A stretch of 24,482 nucleotides of DNA from Myxococcota bacterium (GCA_039208735.1 JBCCQY010000144.1:1-24482), one strand, 5' to 3'. Numbered from the stretch's first letter, positions 1 through 7,567 are shown. Made by a program: numbers and translations. The notes: generated from the sequence alone by a model not told the origin.

Positions 1-485
1 CCCCCAAGCGCATCGGTCGCGGTTCCGCCTTGAATGACCTTTCGCATCAACGTCACCCCCATCGAGTGGCCGATGATGTCCACCTTGGCGGCGCCGGTGT
101 AATCGAGGACCGCCTCGACGAAGGCGCGAAGATATTCCAGGTGATCCCGTGAATGGTACTGCTGGGGAATCTGCAACGCGGAAGCGGGCCCCCACGTCGT
201 CGCATACAGCTCCGCATCGGTGTAGCCATCGGCGAGGAACGCCGTGCGCGAGGCCGACCAATCGCTCGCCTGGTCGCCATTGCCATGCACAAAGATCACG
301 GGGTCCCGAACGACAGGGTCCGAAGGTTGTTGTCGCCCGCCAAAGCTGCCCCCGGTCAGATCGCTTCGTTCAAAGCCAAAGGCCCCGTAGCCGTTGGCCG
401 TGAGCCATGACTGGAAATCCAGGGTCAGCGACTGGGCGTGGGCCGTGGCGGGCAAGGCAAGCACGAGCAGGGCAATTCGCATCAT
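1..485 (-). CDS. Secreted lipase, class 2 (Lipase_2-like alpha/beta hydrolase); runs off the window start
   Basis: Not in the ORF track; translated by hand from ATG 485 (GGAGG at 495-491): MMRIALLVLALPATAHAQSLTLDFQSWLTANGYGAFGFERSDLTGGSFGG...PVIFVHGNGD...LYATTWG...FVEAVLDYTGAAKVDIIGHSMGVTL. Signal peptide ending AHA, oxyanion HG, nucleophile GHSMG; no stop before position 1. Confidence 0.88.
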   Translation of the reverse strand, partial: MMRIALLVLALPATAHAQSLTLDFQSWLTANGYGAFGFERSDLTGGSFGGRQQPSDPVVRDPVIFVHGNGDQASDWSASRTAFLADGYTDAELYATTWGPASALQIPQQYHSRDHLEYLRAFVEAVLDYTGAAKVDIIGHSMGVTLMRKVIQGGTATDALG

Positions 486-534
486 TCGGACCTCCAAAGT
501 GAGTTCATCGAGTCAAACTGAGAACTGAACCAGG

Positions 535-540
535 TGTCAA
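535..540 (-). promoter_or_regulatory. Consensus -35 hexamer (TTGACA) facing the lipase gene
   Basis: TGTCAA at 535-540 reads TTGACA on the minus strand; the -10 candidate 18 nt downstream (TTGACT) is weak. Confidence 0.3.
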
Positions 541-556
541 GTTGGCGTGTCGCCCG

Positions 557-565
557 TGGTAGCCT
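557..565 (+). promoter_or_regulatory. Extended -10 element (TGnTAnnnT) just upstream of the abfD ATG
   Basis: TGGTAGCCT at 557-565, followed by 7 nt and then ATG 573; no Shine-Dalgarno in between. Confidence 0.45.
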
Positions 566-572
566 TTGGGCC

Positions 573-2000
573 ATGCGCACTGCAGCCGAGTACATCGAAA
601 GCCTTCGAGCCCGGGATCTCCGCCTCTTCGTGGACGGGGAACGCATCGCCGACCCCGTCGATCATCCCAAGATCCGACCCGCCGTGAACGCGGTCGCGGC
701 CACCTACGCACTCGCCCATCGCGACGAGACGCGTGCCGTGGCGACCTCGCATTCCGACCTGACCGGGGGCCCGGTGAATCGGTTTACGGCGTTGTTCCGC
801 TCCCAGACGGACCTGGTGGCGAAGCTCCAACTCCAGCGGATCCTTGGCCGACTCACCGCCACCTGCTTTCAGCGATGCGTGGGGCTGGATGGCATCAATG
901 CCACCTTCATCGCCACCCATGAAGCCGGAGCCGAGGCCCACGGACGGTTTGTGCGCTGGCTCACCGAGGTCCAAACCCGCGATGAGATGCTCAACGGCGC
1001 AATGACCGACGCCAAAGGCGACCGAAGCAAGCGCCCCACCGAGCAACCCGAACACTTCTTACGGGTGGTCGAACGTCGGGCCGACGGCATCGTGATTCGG
1101 GGCGCCAAGCTGCACCAAACCGGAGCGGCCAACAGCCACCAGATCTTGGTAATGCCGGGTCAGGTCCTGCGAGAAGGGGAAGAGGACTTCGCCGTGGCGT
1201 GTGCGCTGCCCGTCGACGCGGAAGGGGTGACCATGGTGCTTGGTCGCCAGCCCTCAGACGATCGGAGAGGAGGACCAGACGCGGGGAATGCGCGCTTTGG
1301 CGGTCAGGAATGCATCGTGCTCTTCGACGATGTGTTCGTTCCCTATGACCGGGTGTTTCTCGATGGCGACCGAGAGGCCTGTGCCACACTCGTGAACGCC
1401 TTTGTGGGCTTTCACCGCGCGAGCTACGGCGGCTGTAAGCCAGGCAATCTCGATGTCCTCATTGGTGCGACCGACGCGCTCACCCGACTCAACGGGGTGC
1501 GTCGCGCCTCGCACGTTCGCGACAAGCTGGTCGAAATGACGCATCTCACCGAGACCATTCATGGTCTGGGCCTGGCCGCAAGCCAGCGCTGCTCCGCCCA
1601 CGGCTGTGGGGTCATGCAGGTCGATCCGTTGCTTGCCAACGTCTGCAAACACCACGTGACCTCCCTGCCCTATGAGATCGTGCGCATCGCAGAGGACCTC
1701 GCGGGAGGATCGCTGTCCACCCTGCCGTCGCTCGCAGATCTCGATCACCCGGAGATCGGCGAAGGCGTCACGCGGGCCGCAGGAGGCGTAGAGCGAGCCA
1801 CGATGTTGCGCTTCGTGGAGTCCCTCACCTACGGCGCGGGATCGGTGCCCTTCCGCATCGAGTGCATGCACGGAGCCGGCTCTCCCCAAGCCCAGCGAAT
1901 CACGATCGAACGCGAAACCGACTGGGAGGCCAAAGTCCATCGTGCACGGGTGCTCGCGGGACTCGACAGCGACGACGAGTTGAGCGACTGGGACACCTGA
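573..2000 (+). CDS. abfD: 4-hydroxybutyryl-CoA dehydratase / vinylacetyl-CoA isomerase (HpaB/AbfD family, FAD + [4Fe-4S])
   Basis: MRTAAEYIESLR start, TCFQRCVG, GAMTDAKGDRS, GAKLHQTG, FGGQE, FHRASYGGCK, ECMHGAGSPQAQR; these match AbfD motifs including the three Cys and one His cluster ligands. ATG 573 preferred over GTG 534. Confidence 0.88.
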   Translation: MRTAAEYIESLRARDLRLFVDGERIADPVDHPKIRPAVNAVAATYALAHRDETRAVATSHSDLTGGPVNRFTALFRSQTDLVAKLQLQRILGRLTATCFQRCVGLDGINATFIATHEAGAEAHGRFVRWLTEVQTRDEMLNGAMTDAKGDRSKRPTEQPEHFLRVVERRADGIVIRGAKLHQTGAANSHQILVMPGQVLREGEEDFAVACALPVDAEGVTMVLGRQPSDDRRGGPDAGNARFGGQECIVLFDDVFVPYDRVFLDGDREACATLVNAFVGFHRASYGGCKPGNLDVLIGATDALTRLNGVRRASHVRDKLVEMTHLTETIHGLGLAASQRCSAHGCGVMQVDPLLANVCKHHVTSLPYEIVRIAEDLAGGSLSTLPSLADLDHPEIGEGVTRAAGGVERATMLRFVESLTYGAGSVPFRIECMHGAGSPQAQRITIERETDWEAKVHRARVLAGLDSDDELSDWDT

Positions 2001-2013
2001 CCTGGGAGTTCGC

Positions 2014-2469
2014 ATGGCCTGGATGGAAGGCACCCACGAAGAGACCCGCACGTTGCCCCTGCCGGCGGACGTTGCCGCCGCGCACTTCGCAAATCCCGAA
2101 CGCATCCTCGCGGCAACCAAAGGCCTCGAGAGTCATGAGGTGGAGGGCCACACGATCCACTTCATCCTCGAAGAAGAAGACCACGGAGTCGTGAAGTTCA
2201 AGGCGGACTACCGGTGCACCTACACTCTCGACGGGACCACGGTGCGCTGGGCGCCGACGGGGGAAGGGAACCTGCAGCAGTCCGGCGAGGCCACGTTCAC
2301 GCCCAACGATGACGGCGGCTGCACGCTTCACTACCAAGAGTCGCTGAAGATCGACCTGCCCGTCGCGAGCATGATGGCCCCTATGCTCAAGCCGTTGCTC
2401 GGTCCGCTGGTAGCCAAGGAGATTGCCGCGTACCTCGACCGCATCGTCGGGAGCTTGCCGACTGGATAA
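2014..2469 (+). CDS. SRPBCC/CoxG-like (START/Bet v1 fold) ligand-binding protein
   Basis: 151 aa with GGGAG RBS; typical layout of an N-terminal strand, 'AAHFANPERI' helix, alternating strands and a C-terminal amphipathic helix (LVAKEIAAYLDRI). Confidence 0.65.
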   Translation: MAWMEGTHEETRTLPLPADVAAAHFANPERILAATKGLESHEVEGHTIHFILEEEDHGVVKFKADYRCTYTLDGTTVRWAPTGEGNLQQSGEATFTPNDDGGCTLHYQESLKIDLPVASMMAPMLKPLLGPLVAKEIAAYLDRIVGSLPTG

Positions 2470-2478
2470 CGCTGGTCC

Positions 2479-4827
2479 ATGTGGATTGGATGGCTCTGGG
2501 TTTCGGTCATTGCGGCCAAGCCCCCATGTGGGACGAACGGCGGAACCGGATGCCTCGACCGGGCCCGGGCTGCCCATCTGCTTGGTCAAACGCAAAAAGC
2601 CCATCGCTTTGAGCGTTGGGCGTGCACCCCCGAGGCCCTCGAAGCCTGCGAACGGCTGTATGAGCGTCGTCCCGACCTGGTCGAACCGGTCGTGGACGAA
2701 GCGCAGGACGGCTGTCACGGTGGGCCTCCCATGGGCAAGCTTTGTCGGAGCCTCGGCCGCTGGTATCGATCGGGCCCGGTCGGGGCCCGCGATGACCAAG
2801 CCGCCCACGCAGCACTGCAACACGCATGCGATGCTGGCGATCGAAGGGCTTGCGGTGAATTGGCGGACCACGACCCCGAACGGCGTCGGCAATGGCTCGG
2901 CCTGGGTTGTGAGGCGGACGACCGACACTCTTGCCACCGCCTCGCGCTTTCGCTGATCCAAGGTCAAGGAGGCGCCGTTTCCGTCACCCAGGCCTATGGC
3001 GCGCTCACCAAGGCCTGCGACCTCGACGCTCCGAAAGCGTGTGAACAACTGGGTCAGTGGCACGCCCAAGGACGCGGTCGCCCGCCCGAGCCCGCCCGAG
3101 CGGTGCGTGCATTCTCGCTCGCGTGCAAGCTTGACCCTACGGTGTGCAGCGAAGCCGCCCACACGCTTGCCGCATTCAACGACGTCGATCGGTCGGCCTT
3201 CGTCAAGCAGCTCTTCGAGCAGTGCGATGCCGACCACGCCCAGGCGTGCGCAGGCTTGTGGCTGCTCGAGGTTTCACCGCTGCCCGACGAGGCTCGACTC
3301 ACCGCGGCGCTTTCGTGGGCTTGCTACCATCACCATGGCAAGGCTTGCGAGGCCCTTGTCAACGAGTCGCCCGGAGCGAACACGGCCTTCGCATCCTACC
3401 GAGCCCAGGTCCTTCGGCAGGATTCCGAGCCGGTAACCGTCGAACAGCCACCCCCCTGGCTGCCGGCCCGACCGCCGATCGAACGGTGCATCGCCCAGCA
3501 CTTGCCCGCCTTGGTTCGACCGGATCAGCTGGGCCGGGCCACCCGTTCACCAGGCTTCACCGCCGCGGCCGACTACGTCGCCGGGCAATTCCAAGCGCTC
3601 GGATTCAGCGTGGAACGGCCAGAAGTTCCGGTACCCAACGTCAAGCACGGTTCGTGGGTGGCCATCGACGGGGTGGTCTATGAGGCCTGGGCCGTGGCAG
3701 GGGCGGCCACAGGCCCGTTCGCTGGCCCCGTTACCGTACTCGATGCTGAACCCACCCGGGCCAATCTGGATGCCGGTTCGGCGACGCTTTTCGCCGTGCC
3801 CAACCTCGAGGCCAACGCGGTCGGTACCTACGTCCGAAGCGATCAACCGGTGCTTGCCGTCCGGCCCGACGTCCTCGAGAAAGCCCGACGTGCCAACCGG
3901 GTTGTAGGAATGGCCTCCCGCAGCCCCGATGCCACCACCGAAAATGTGATCGGGACCCTGCCGGGCCGGGGGCCGCTGGCCTCCGAAGTGGTCATGCTCG
4001 GAGCCCACCTCGATGGACAGGGCTTCGAGTTCGACGGACGAATTCGACCGTCGGCCGATGACAACGCGAGCGGCGTGGCGGGTCTGCTCTGCGCCGCCCA
4101 AGCGCTCACCGGGTCCCTGCCCCAAGACAAGTCGCGTCGCACCTTGGTCTTCGTCGCGTTTGGGGGCGAAGAAGATGGGTTGTACGGCTCACAGGCCGCG
4201 GCATGGACCGCAGACCCCCTCCCGGTGGCCATGATGAACCTCGACATGATCGGCCGGTTGGGGTCAGGCCCCCTTCGCACGCGGGCCTACGGCGAAGCCT
4301 GGCGCACGCTGATCGGGCCGGCTGCGAAGTCGCTGGGCCATCCCATCGTGCCGGACGGCACCGAGGGGACCTCCGACCATCTGCCGTTCGTGTTGCAAGG
4401 CGTCCCGTCGGTTCACCTCACCTCAGGCCCGCATGGCGACTACCATCGTGCGACAGACACCCTGCAGCGCGTCGATGAAGCCGGCGTCGCCACGGTGACG
4501 ATGATCACCGCGGCCACGCTCGCCCAGCTGGCAACCGGGGCACGCCTCGACCCGGCCAGCGATTCGTGCACCGAACTCGTTCACGGACGCGCGGGATTTG
4601 GGTGGACGCTCGACGTGCTCACGGCCCCCACCTGGCAGGTGCGGTGCGTTCGCGAGGGGTCCTTCGCGGCGAACGTGGGCGTCCAGCCTGCGGACCGGTG
4701 GCTCGACGAGGATGGCCTGTATGAGCCCTCCACCATCGATTCGATCACCGTGCGACGCACAGACGGTTGCTGGCGACTCACCCAAGACGAGGCTCCAGAG
4801 TTCGTGCGCTGCGAAACGCTCGAATAG
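2479..4827 (+). CDS. Secreted Sel1-like (Cys-rich Hcp-type) repeat protein fused to an M28 metallopeptidase, with a degenerate PDZ-like tail
   Basis: N-terminal hydrophobic segment; repeats such as LQHACDAGDRRACGEL, LTKACDLDAPKACEQLG; M28 motifs NVIG, GAHLD, ADDNASG, GGEEDGLYGS, NLDMIG, SDHLPF, YHRATD; tail VRCVREGSFAANVGVQPAD. Confidence 0.85.
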   Translation: MWIGWLWVSVIAAKPPCGTNGGTGCLDRARAAHLLGQTQKAHRFERWACTPEALEACERLYERRPDLVEPVVDEAQDGCHGGPPMGKLCRSLGRWYRSGPVGARDDQAAHAALQHACDAGDRRACGELADHDPERRRQWLGLGCEADDRHSCHRLALSLIQGQGGAVSVTQAYGALTKACDLDAPKACEQLGQWHAQGRGRPPEPARAVRAFSLACKLDPTVCSEAAHTLAAFNDVDRSAFVKQLFEQCDADHAQACAGLWLLEVSPLPDEARLTAALSWACYHHHGKACEALVNESPGANTAFASYRAQVLRQDSEPVTVEQPPPWLPARPPIERCIAQHLPALVRPDQLGRATRSPGFTAAADYVAGQFQALGFSVERPEVPVPNVKHGSWVAIDGVVYEAWAVAGAATGPFAGPVTVLDAEPTRANLDAGSATLFAVPNLEANAVGTYVRSDQPVLAVRPDVLEKARRANRVVGMASRSPDATTENVIGTLPGRGPLASEVVMLGAHLDGQGFEFDGRIRPSADDNASGVAGLLCAAQALTGSLPQDKSRRTLVFVAFGGEEDGLYGSQAAAWTADPLPVAMMNLDMIGRLGSGPLRTRAYGEAWRTLIGPAAKSLGHPIVPDGTEGTSDHLPFVLQGVPSVHLTSGPHGDYHRATDTLQRVDEAGVATVTMITAATLAQLATGARLDPASDSCTELVHGRAGFGWTLDVLTAPTWQVRCVREGSFAANVGVQPADRWLDEDGLYEPSTIDSITVRRTDGCWRLTQDEAPEFVRCETLE

Positions 4828-4841
4828 TCCTCGGCAGGGCG

Positions 4842-6425
4842 TCAACCGCGCATCCAAGAAAAGCCCCGAATCGGGTCGATCGAGGTGGCGGCCAAGACCC
4901 CACCCATCATCGCGCCAATGACCCCGACCGTTGCCACCTCGGATCCGGCAAAGGTGAGACCCGAAATCGGAGACGCGGGTTTGAGGACGTCACACGCGAA
5001 ACGCTCGGGGGTCGGCTCGAGGCCGTAGATCGACCCTCGGACGGGCCGCACGAAATGGTCGGTGGTGGCGGGCGTCGACAACTCGACGTGCTTCACCATG
5101 GGCCGCAGGGCTGGCATGTGACGCAGGAACTGTTCGAGGAGGGACGCTTCGAGCTTCTGCTTGAGGGCGTCGTATTCCGCCCCGCGCTTCATCCACTTTG
5201 TGCCAATGAACGGTGCGAACGTGTCCCAGGGCACAAAGGTCACCACTTCGCCCGTGTGGAGCACCTCGGGCCCTGGATCGTGATTCGGGTCTTTCAACGA
5301 TGGAAAACTACAGTACAAGATGTCTGCGTCGGGCAGTGGATCCTGGTCGATGGCCCACACATCGGCCTCGGTGTCCCAAGTCTTCCAGAACCACTTGTTG
5401 GCTCCGCTCGCCCCGGCTTCTCGGATGTCTCCCTCAAACCCAAGATACAGGCAAACGTGGGCGGAGGCAGGCGGCAGCGATTCCACCTGGCTCCGCCAGG
5501 CATCGGTGGCCTCGGACGGCAACAGGCGGCGCACCGTCGACAAGACGCCCGCCGCACTCACGATGCGAGGGGCCCGAATCTCCTCCCCATCCGCGAGCCG
5601 AACCCCGACCGCGCGGCCCCGTTCGACCAAGATCTGATCCACGCTCGTGGCAATGCGGGTCCAACCTCCTGCTTCCGCTACCACGCGCAGGAGTTGGCGG
5701 GCGATCTCACCCGACCCGCCCACCGGATAGTACCCGCCGTACCAGAAGTGCCGAACGACCAAAGCCTGCATCGCAAAGGACGATCGTGAAGGCACGGACC
5801 CGTAGTACCCCCACTGCGCAGCGAACACGGCCCGAAGGCGAGGGTTGTCCGTCAGCTCCGCGATGACCTCGGAGGTTCGCCGTTGGAGCCAATGCTCGGC
5901 GGGACGGGCAAACAGCCGCCGACCCAGACCGGCAAGCGGCGAGGGCGCAATGCGGGACAGGTAGTACCCGCGCATCGTGCCTCCGACCTCTTTGACGAGC
6001 GCCAGGTAGCGATCGATGGCCTCGACCTCGTCGGGAAACGCATCGATCAGGCTCTGGCGAAACGCCGCCCGATTATCGGGAAAGTCGACGCGCACATCGT
6101 CGGGAAAGTGGAATTCCTCGTACACCTCACCCAGGCTCGCCCACTGCAAACGCCCGTCGGTCAGTCGATGCAGAAGCCGACCGGGCATGCTGCGCTCGGT
6201 GACCTCGCCCACCGCGTGCACACCGACATCCCACGTCCACTTCTTGCGGCGAAACGTATGGGTGAATCCGCCAGGCGTGTAATGCTGCTCGATCACCAAG
6301 ACCCGACGGCCCCATTTGGCGAGCATGGCGGCCGCGGTCATGCCCCCCATCCCAGAACCAATGACGATCACGTCCCAGGGGCCCTCTTTGCCTCGCTTGT
6401 CCCAGTACCGTTCGTCTCGGGCCAT
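4842..6425 (-). CDS. FAD-dependent oxidoreductase, phytoene desaturase / all-trans-retinol 13,14-reductase (RetSat)-like
   Basis: ATG 6425 with GGAGG upstream (ORF-track start 6788 looks over-extended); DVIVIGSGMGG dinucleotide motif, EQHYTPGGFTHTF, WDVGVH, GGYYPVGG, FPSLKDP, ELSTPATT, GSIYGL, GVIGAMMGG. Confidence 0.88.
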   Translation of the reverse strand: MARDERYWDKRGKEGPWDVIVIGSGMGGMTAAAMLAKWGRRVLVIEQHYTPGGFTHTFRRKKWTWDVGVHAVGEVTERSMPGRLLHRLTDGRLQWASLGEVYEEFHFPDDVRVDFPDNRAAFRQSLIDAFPDEVEAIDRYLALVKEVGGTMRGYYLSRIAPSPLAGLGRRLFARPAEHWLQRRTSEVIAELTDNPRLRAVFAAQWGYYGSVPSRSSFAMQALVVRHFWYGGYYPVGGSGEIARQLLRVVAEAGGWTRIATSVDQILVERGRAVGVRLADGEEIRAPRIVSAAGVLSTVRRLLPSEATDAWRSQVESLPPASAHVCLYLGFEGDIREAGASGANKWFWKTWDTEADVWAIDQDPLPDADILYCSFPSLKDPNHDPGPEVLHTGEVVTFVPWDTFAPFIGTKWMKRGAEYDALKQKLEASLLEQFLRHMPALRPMVKHVELSTPATTDHFVRPVRGSIYGLEPTPERFACDVLKPASPISGLTFAGSEVATVGVIGAMMGGVLAATSIDPIRGFSWMRG

Positions 6426-6434
6426 CCTGCCTCC

Positions 6435-6464
6435 GCGGAAGACGCCACGTATGCCGTCTCCCGC
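6435..6464 (-). promoter_or_regulatory. GC-rich hairpin abutting the RBS of the RetSat-like gene
   Basis: Minus strand GCGGGAGACG-(10 nt)-CGTCTTCCGC forms a 10-bp stem (one G-U), directly followed by GGAGGCAGG-ATG; no U-tract. Confidence 0.45.
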
Positions 6465-6475
6465 GCGGCGCCCGC

Positions 6476-6565
6476 CTACGCGAAGTCCTCCGCAGCGATT
6501 CCCGCCCCTGCGATCAGAGCGCCCGAAAACACGATCAACGCGACCAGTAGCCAGATGGGGCTCAT
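6476..6565 (-). CDS. Small (29 aa) single-pass membrane peptide MSPIWLLVALIVFSGALIAGAGIAAEDFA
   Basis: Below the ORF-track cutoff; AGGAGG RBS 5 nt before ATG 6565, about 22 hydrophobic/small residues, acidic tail, TAG at 6478-6476. Confidence 0.6.
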   Translation of the reverse strand: MSPIWLLVALIVFSGALIAGAGIAAEDFA

Positions 6566-6605
6566 CGTTGCCTCCTACTCGATGAGTAACCAGAAATCGG
6601 CTCTC

Positions 6606-6628
6606 ATGAAAATGAAATTCAATTTCAA
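6606..6628. promoter_or_regulatory. Fur-box-like AT-rich palindrome
   Basis: ATGAAAATGAAATTCAATTTCAA in a GC-rich background; core GAAAATGAAATTCAATTTC matches 14/19 of GATAATGATAATCATTATC; lies in a divergent intergenic region. Confidence 0.65.
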
Positions 6629-6708
6629 CAAGACACCTTGGGTTGATCGAGAGCCTTCTGCACCGCCACAATGCAGGCCGCGTGGTTAGCGGGCACCGGG
6701 AGGTACGG

Positions 6709-7053
6709 ATGTGGCGGATCGGCGTGCTGGCAGTCGCATTGGCAGGGTGCGAAGACGGATTTCCTACAGATCCGCTGGGTCCCCTCACGGAGTGCGAACA
6801 GTTCTTTGAAACGGTTCAGCAGGCGAACTGCGAGGGCGACCTCGGTACCAAGCTGTCGTGTGCTTCGCTCGAATGCAGTGAGATCAGCTTGATCTTCAAC
6901 ATCGAGTGCGTGGGTGACGAAGCGACCTGCTGTGCCTATCGCGACTGCTGGGGGTCCTACGAGGCGTGCATGTCGACCTGTGGGTCCGACAAGGACTTCG
7001 AACAGTGCCTCATCGGCCTCCAAGGGTGCACCGCCAAGTCGCTCGTCCCGTAG
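6709..7053 (+). CDS. Cys-rich lipoprotein of unknown function (114 aa)
   Basis: GGGAGGT RBS before ATG 6709; MWRIGVLAVALAG-C lipobox; 12 further Cys including CC and Cx3C spacings. Confidence 0.75.
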   Translation: MWRIGVLAVALAGCEDGFPTDPLGPLTECEQFFETVQQANCEGDLGTKLSCASLECSEISLIFNIECVGDEATCCAYRDCWGSYEACMSTCGSDKDFEQCLIGLQGCTAKSLVP

Positions 7054-7054
7054 C

Positions 7055-7567
7055 CTACCGGCCGGGGATGGTGCCGACCTGGTCCATGGCGCACACCATC
7101 GCTTCCTTCAGCTGGTTGCCCGAACGGCGCGACAACGCGAACCGATGTTCGAGGTCCGCAATGGTGAGCCCGACCACCGAAACGCGCTCGCGCGACATCT
7201 CGGCCAGACGCGCCTCCGAGATCTCAAAGTCGAGTCGCCACTGGGTGTAGATGCCCGTCTTGGGGCGCACCCCCACCAACGGACGCGCCCGACCCGCAGA
7301 CGACAGCTCCACGACGTCCTGTCCCACCACGAATCGCGCCCGTTGGCGTTTGTCGCCACGTCGCTTCGAGATGCCCCGCGCCGCCACAAAGAGTCGAAGC
7401 ACCCAGCGGCCTTTGACGTGAAGCATCGTCAGGCCGGTCACCCGATGGCGATCGAACGACTGGTGGTAACTGAGGCTTCGCCCATCAAGGGGGTCGTTCA
7501 CGACGGTGAGTCGTCCACATCCGGCATCCGCCGTCGACAAGGCGAGGATCAGGGCGCTGACGAGCAT
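7055..7567 (-). CDS. Hypothetical secreted basic protein (170 aa)
   Basis: GGGAG RBS; signal peptide MLVSALILALSTADA; two Cys near the two ends; fills the gap between neighbouring genes. Confidence 0.6.
   Translation of the reverse strand: MLVSALILALSTADAGCGRLTVVNDPLDGRSLSYHQSFDRHRVTGLTMLHVKGRWVLRLFVAARGISKRRGDKRQRARFVVGQDVVELSSAGRARPLVGVRPKTGIYTQWRLDFEISEARLAEMSRERVSVVGLTIADLEHRFALSRRSGNQLKEAMVCAMDQVGTIPGR

Noticed and set aside
503..530. AACTGA direct repeat and GTTCA/TGAAC inverted pair between the lipase and abfD
   Set aside because: Units of 5-6 nt are too short to distinguish from chance without comparative data.
573..2000. Annotation as 4-hydroxyphenylacetate 3-monooxygenase (HpaB)
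   Set aside because: Same fold family, but the CFQRC and HxxxYGGCK Fe-S ligand motifs point to AbfD, and no flavin reductase is adjacent.
1900..3237. 445-aa minus-strand ORF and many other long antisense or alternate-frame ORFs (e.g. 1254-2120, 4767-5789, 7549-8445, 16696-17604, 22479-23408)
   Set aside because: They overlap genes with clear family motifs, have no motifs of their own, and are expected shadows of high-GC codon usage.
6426..6788. 121-aa N-terminal extension of the RetSat-like ORF
   Set aside because: Arg/Gly-rich with no family similarity; a strong RBS precedes ATG 6425, and the region holds the small ORF, the Fur-like box and the start of a divergent gene.
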